Origin: Chthoniobacteraceae bacterium
GTDB taxonomy: Bacteria > Verrucomicrobiota > Verrucomicrobiia > Chthoniobacterales > Chthoniobacteraceae
Reading direction: 5' to 3'
NCBI GenBank assembly: GCA_040081625.1
Contig: JBEBGD010000051.1
Coordinates: 1-37,048 of the forward strand
Length of the DNA: 37,048 bases
Translations under genes and position numbers: made by a program
Part shown: positions 34,143-37,048 of the stretch, one piece after another
Layout: the number at the start of each line of letters is the position of its first letter
How positions within the stretch are numbered: the stretch's first letter is position 1
Notes under the pieces: generated by a model
Told to the model about the DNA's origin: nothing
The model's database searches: none
Seen by the model: only the letters and a program-made list of their open reading frames with translations

Positions 34143-34930
34143 CCGAACGCGGGCTTCCTCCACCGCAGGGCGCGCAGGATTTCGCGGCGGTGCTGCGGCG
34201 CGAAGGCGTGCTGCCGAACGCGCCGGTGGTCGGCGCCAACGCTGCGGTCGAGCAGACGCAGGCGACGACGATCCTGGCATTCAAATACAGCGACGGCGTG
34301 CTCGTGGCGGGCGACCGGCGCGCGACGGCGGCGAACACGATCGTGTATGATCGCGCGGACAAGGTTCTCGAGATCGATCGGCATTCGCTCATGGCCATCG
34401 CGGGCGTGCCGGCGACGGCTTGGGAAATGGCGCGCGTGCTCGAGCATTCGTTCCAGTTCTACCGCCGCACGCAGCTCCAGGAGATGAGCCACGAGGGCAA
34501 GGTGCGCGCGCTCTCGAAGCTGCTCCGCGACAATCTCGGCATGGTGCTGCAAGGCGTCGGCGTGGTGGTGCCGATCTTTGCCAGCTACGACGCGGCGGCG
34601 GAAGTGGCGCGGCTCTATTTCTATGACGCGATGGGCGCGCAGTTCGAGGCGGCGGACTTCGCGGCGACGGGCTCCGGCTCGCCGGCGGTGCGCGCGGTGT
34701 TGCACTTCGCGAACTCGTGGGGCGCCAAGCCGCTGCGCAAGCTGAAGGCGAATGACGCGATCATGCTTGCGCTGCGCGCGCTGGAGACTGCGGCGTCGAG
34801 CGACAGCGCGACGGGCGGCGTGGACCGGCGGGCGGATGTTTTTCCGATTGTGAAGACGATCACGAGCGCGGGCATCGAGACGCTGTCCGAAGCGCGGCTG
34901 GCGCGGCTCTTCAAAGGGAAACTGGTATGA
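34139..34930 (+). CDS. prcB: 20S proteasome beta subunit (Ntn hydrolase with 42-aa propeptide)
   Basis: Mature N-terminus TTILAFKYSDGVLVAGDRRAT with Thr1, Asp17, Lys33 and Gly47 in register; GSGS and DSATGG motifs. Confidence 0.93.
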   Translation: MTERGLPPPQGAQDFAAVLRREGVLPNAPVVGANAAVEQTQATTILAFKYSDGVLVAGDRRATAANTIVYDRADKVLEIDRHSLMAIAGVPATAWEMARVLEHSFQFYRRTQLQEMSHEGKVRALSKLLRDNLGMVLQGVGVVVPIFASYDAAAEVARLYFYDAMGAQFEAADFAATGSGSPAVRAVLHFANSWGAKPLRKLKANDAIMLALRALETAASSDSATGGVDRRADVFPIVKTITSAGIETLSEARLARLFKGKLV

Positions 34931-35709
34931 TCGACGAGCCGTATCGCTGGGTCGAAGCCATCGCCAACCGGCGCGAATACATCGAGCATCAGCTCGCGCC
35001 GGGCAGCCCGATCGTCGCGCTCAGCTACGCCGACGGGATCGTGCTGCTCACGCTCAGCCGGGAGCGGCAGAAGATTTTCGAGATCTACGATCGCATCGCG
35101 ATGGGTGGCATCGGGCATCCGGGCGACATCGAGCGGCTGCGACTCGCGGCGATCGAGCTATGCAGCACGGAAGGATTCGCGCGATCAGCGCACGATGTGT
35201 CGCTGCGGCGGCTCGCGAATTTTTCGCTCAGCCCTGCGTTGAAGGCGGCCTTTGAGCAGGTCTATGGCGCGCCGTATCTCGCGCGGCTGATCTTCGCGGA
35301 GCTGGGCCGTGGCGATGTCCCGAATCTCTTCCTGCGGCTCGATTACGACGGTTCGATCCACACGAACGGCGGCAGCTTCGGACGTTCTTTCGAGGAGTTC
35401 GGCGTGATCGCGGGGACGAAGTCCGCGGCCGAGCGCATGGAGCGGCTGTTGCGCGAACACGACGCGACGAAAGCGTCGCTCTCGCGGGCGGTGAGGATTG
35501 CGGCGGAGGCGTGGAGCCTCGGCCACATGGCGTCGCCGGACGATGCGGCGGAGGAATTGCCGAAACGCGCCGTCTTGAAAAAGCACCTCGACGAGCAACT
35601 CGCACACGCGGCTGTCGAGTGTGCGGTGCTCGAGCGAAGCTCGACGCTGCCGATCACGTGGCGTGCCTTGCCGGAGGCGGAGACGCGCGCGATGCTCGAC
35701 GCCGAATGA
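34927..35709 (+). CDS. prcA: 20S proteasome alpha subunit
   Basis: GSPIVALSYADGI, KIFEIYDRIAMGGIGHPGDIERLR and LFLRLDYDG resemble actinobacterial PrcA; ATGA overlap with prcB. Confidence 0.9.
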   Translation: MIDEPYRWVEAIANRREYIEHQLAPGSPIVALSYADGIVLLTLSRERQKIFEIYDRIAMGGIGHPGDIERLRLAAIELCSTEGFARSAHDVSLRRLANFSLSPALKAAFEQVYGAPYLARLIFAELGRGDVPNLFLRLDYDGSIHTNGGSFGRSFEEFGVIAGTKSAAERMERLLREHDATKASLSRAVRIAAEAWSLGHMASPDDAAEELPKRAVLKKHLDEQLAHAAVECAVLERSSTLPITWRALPEAETRAMLDAE

Positions 35710-35710
35710 G

Positions 35711-36715
35711 ATGAAGGCGAAGCGCCCATCTTCGCAAAGTCACGACCCGGCATCCCCGCCGGTGGCGATGGAGGGCGATCAGGCGCTGCTCCCGCTCGGG
35801 GGCGCGAGCGGGCCGAAGCGAGCCCCGCGCGTCGTCGCCCAGGCCCCCGCTCCGGCGGTTCGTTCGCAGGCACCGCCCGTCGCGCACCGGGCGCTGGAGC
35901 CCACATCGCGAGTTGGCGCATGGAGGTTGCTGTGCAAAGCTCTGCATATGGAAATCGTCACTCCAACCGTGGGCCTCCTCACCATGGCGGGCTGCCTGAC
36001 CTTTCTCGTCGCACCCGAGGAAGCTCCGAGGGACTTGCGCGTGGCGTCGGCCCTGAACCCGAGCGCGCTGCCGACCATCGTCATCGACGCCGGCCATGGC
36101 GGCCGCGACGGTGGAGGACGGGGCTACGGGTTGGTGGAAAAGGACCTGACGCTGGACCTCGCTGCCCGGCTCGACCAGCAGCTCCAGGCGATGGACTTCA
36201 AGACGGTGCTCACGCGGCGCGACGATACGTATATCTCGCTGGCCGACCGCGCGGAGATGGCGAACCAGGTCGATCACTCGATCTTTGTGAGTCTGCACTT
36301 CAACACCTCGTCGCGCAGTTCGGCGGCGGGCATCGAGACGTATTTTGCGACGGAGAAGATCGCGCAGGAGCCCGGCTGGCTGTTCGCGGGATTTTTCGCC
36401 AAGCCGGATCCGCGACCGGACGCCGACAGGGGCGAATACCTCGCCGGTTACGTGCAGGCGTCGCTGCTCAATCGAACCGAGGCGGGCAACCGCGGGATCA
36501 TGCCGAAGGCGTTCTTCGTCGTCCGTCACACGCGGGCGCCGGCGGTGCTGATCGAGGCCGGCTTCCTGACCAATCCATTCGAGGCGAAGCTGATCGCCAC
36601 GCCGGAATATCGCGACCGGCTCGCGGCGGCTATTGCCGAGGGAGTGGCGGAGTTTTCGCGCACCATGCCGCCGCCGGCGAAGCCCGCGACGCAACTTGCG
36701 AAGGCGGCGCCTTGA
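35711..36715 (+). CDS. N-acetylmuramoyl-L-alanine amidase (Amidase_3)
   Basis: IVIDAGHGGRDGG, EKDLTL, LTRRDD, FVSLHFN and PAVLIEAGFLTN motifs. Start uncertain (ATG 35711 or ATG 35948). Confidence 0.9.
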   Translation: MKAKRPSSQSHDPASPPVAMEGDQALLPLGGASGPKRAPRVVAQAPAPAVRSQAPPVAHRALEPTSRVGAWRLLCKALHMEIVTPTVGLLTMAGCLTFLVAPEEAPRDLRVASALNPSALPTIVIDAGHGGRDGGGRGYGLVEKDLTLDLAARLDQQLQAMDFKTVLTRRDDTYISLADRAEMANQVDHSIFVSLHFNTSSRSSAAGIETYFATEKIAQEPGWLFAGFFAKPDPRPDADRGEYLAGYVQASLLNRTEAGNRGIMPKAFFVVRHTRAPAVLIEAGFLTNPFEAKLIATPEYRDRLAAAIAEGVAEFSRTMPPPAKPATQLAKAAP

Positions 36716-36753
36716 ATTACTCCCGGTGGCGCCGCGTCTGAATCGACCTCGCC

Positions 36754-37048
36754 ATGATTAGAATACTCCTCGTCCTCTCGCTCCTCGTCGTCGTTGCCCG
36801 TGCCGATGAGCTGACCAAATCCGTGCAGGGCCTGCTGAAAGAGCAGGGCTTCTATTACGGCGAAGTCAGCGGTGCGAGCGGCCCCGAGACCGCCTCGGCC
36901 GTGAAGCGCTACCAGATCCGCAACGGGCTCGAAGTGACCGGCACGCTGACCAAGGAAACGCTCGAAGCACTCGGCCTCGTCGGCGATTCGCAGCCCCTCG
37001 TGCCCGTCGAGCCTCCCTCCCGCCCGGTCGAGACCGAGCCCGAGCCCC
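36754..37048 (+). CDS. Secreted peptidoglycan-binding domain protein, 3'-truncated at the window edge
   Basis: Hand translation: MIRILLVLSLLVVVARA-DELTKSVQGLLKEQGFYYGEVSGASGPETASAVKRYQIRNGLEVTGTLTKETLEALG (PG_binding_1 pattern). Confidence 0.85.
   Translation, partial: MIRILLVLSLLVVVARADELTKSVQGLLKEQGFYYGEVSGASGPETASAVKRYQIRNGLEVTGTLTKETLEALGLVGDSQPLVPVEPPSRPVETEPEP

Noticed and set aside
34139..34930. HslV or Anbu instead of a true proteasome beta subunit
   Set aside because: It has a long propeptide and a coupled alpha-subunit gene, and no hslU is present.

Overview
High-GC bacterial window. It most likely comes from a Verrucomicrobiota (Chthoniobacter/Spartobacteria-like) genome; this is inferred from an LEPR-XLL-type giant protein, a UBact-proteasome locus and the rpoZ-smpB linkage. 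Left to right: 3' part of a Gly-rich repeat protein, class I glutamine amidotransferase, CE15 esterase, a degenerate 21-bp tandem repeat, speA, DUF151 nuclease, LbH GlmU-like protein, TPR protein, SecDF-P1-like protein, phosphohexomutase, a small hypothetical gene and lnt. Next come two large, compositionally atypical secreted-protein genes (about 2870 aa and 838 aa), a deacetylase plus PHP-glycosyltransferase pair, and the rpmH-rnpA-yidD-yidC-jag-rpoZ-smpB cluster. The right end holds a nitrite/sulfite reductase, a UBact-prcB-prcA unit running into an amidase, and a truncated PG-binding protein. Most notable: (i) a minimal UBact-20S proteasome unit with its own apparently leaderless promoter, no adjacent ATPase/Dop/PafA and Ala instead of Gly at the beta -1 site; (ii) a 108-aa L34 with a long basic C-terminal extension; (iii) unexplained 21-bp and 7-bp intergenic repeats; (iv) repeated leaderless promoter architecture; (v) local C-rich to G-rich skew flips between same-strand genes. 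No tRNA, rRNA, CRISPR array or transposase was seen. All family calls are from motif recognition, not database searches.
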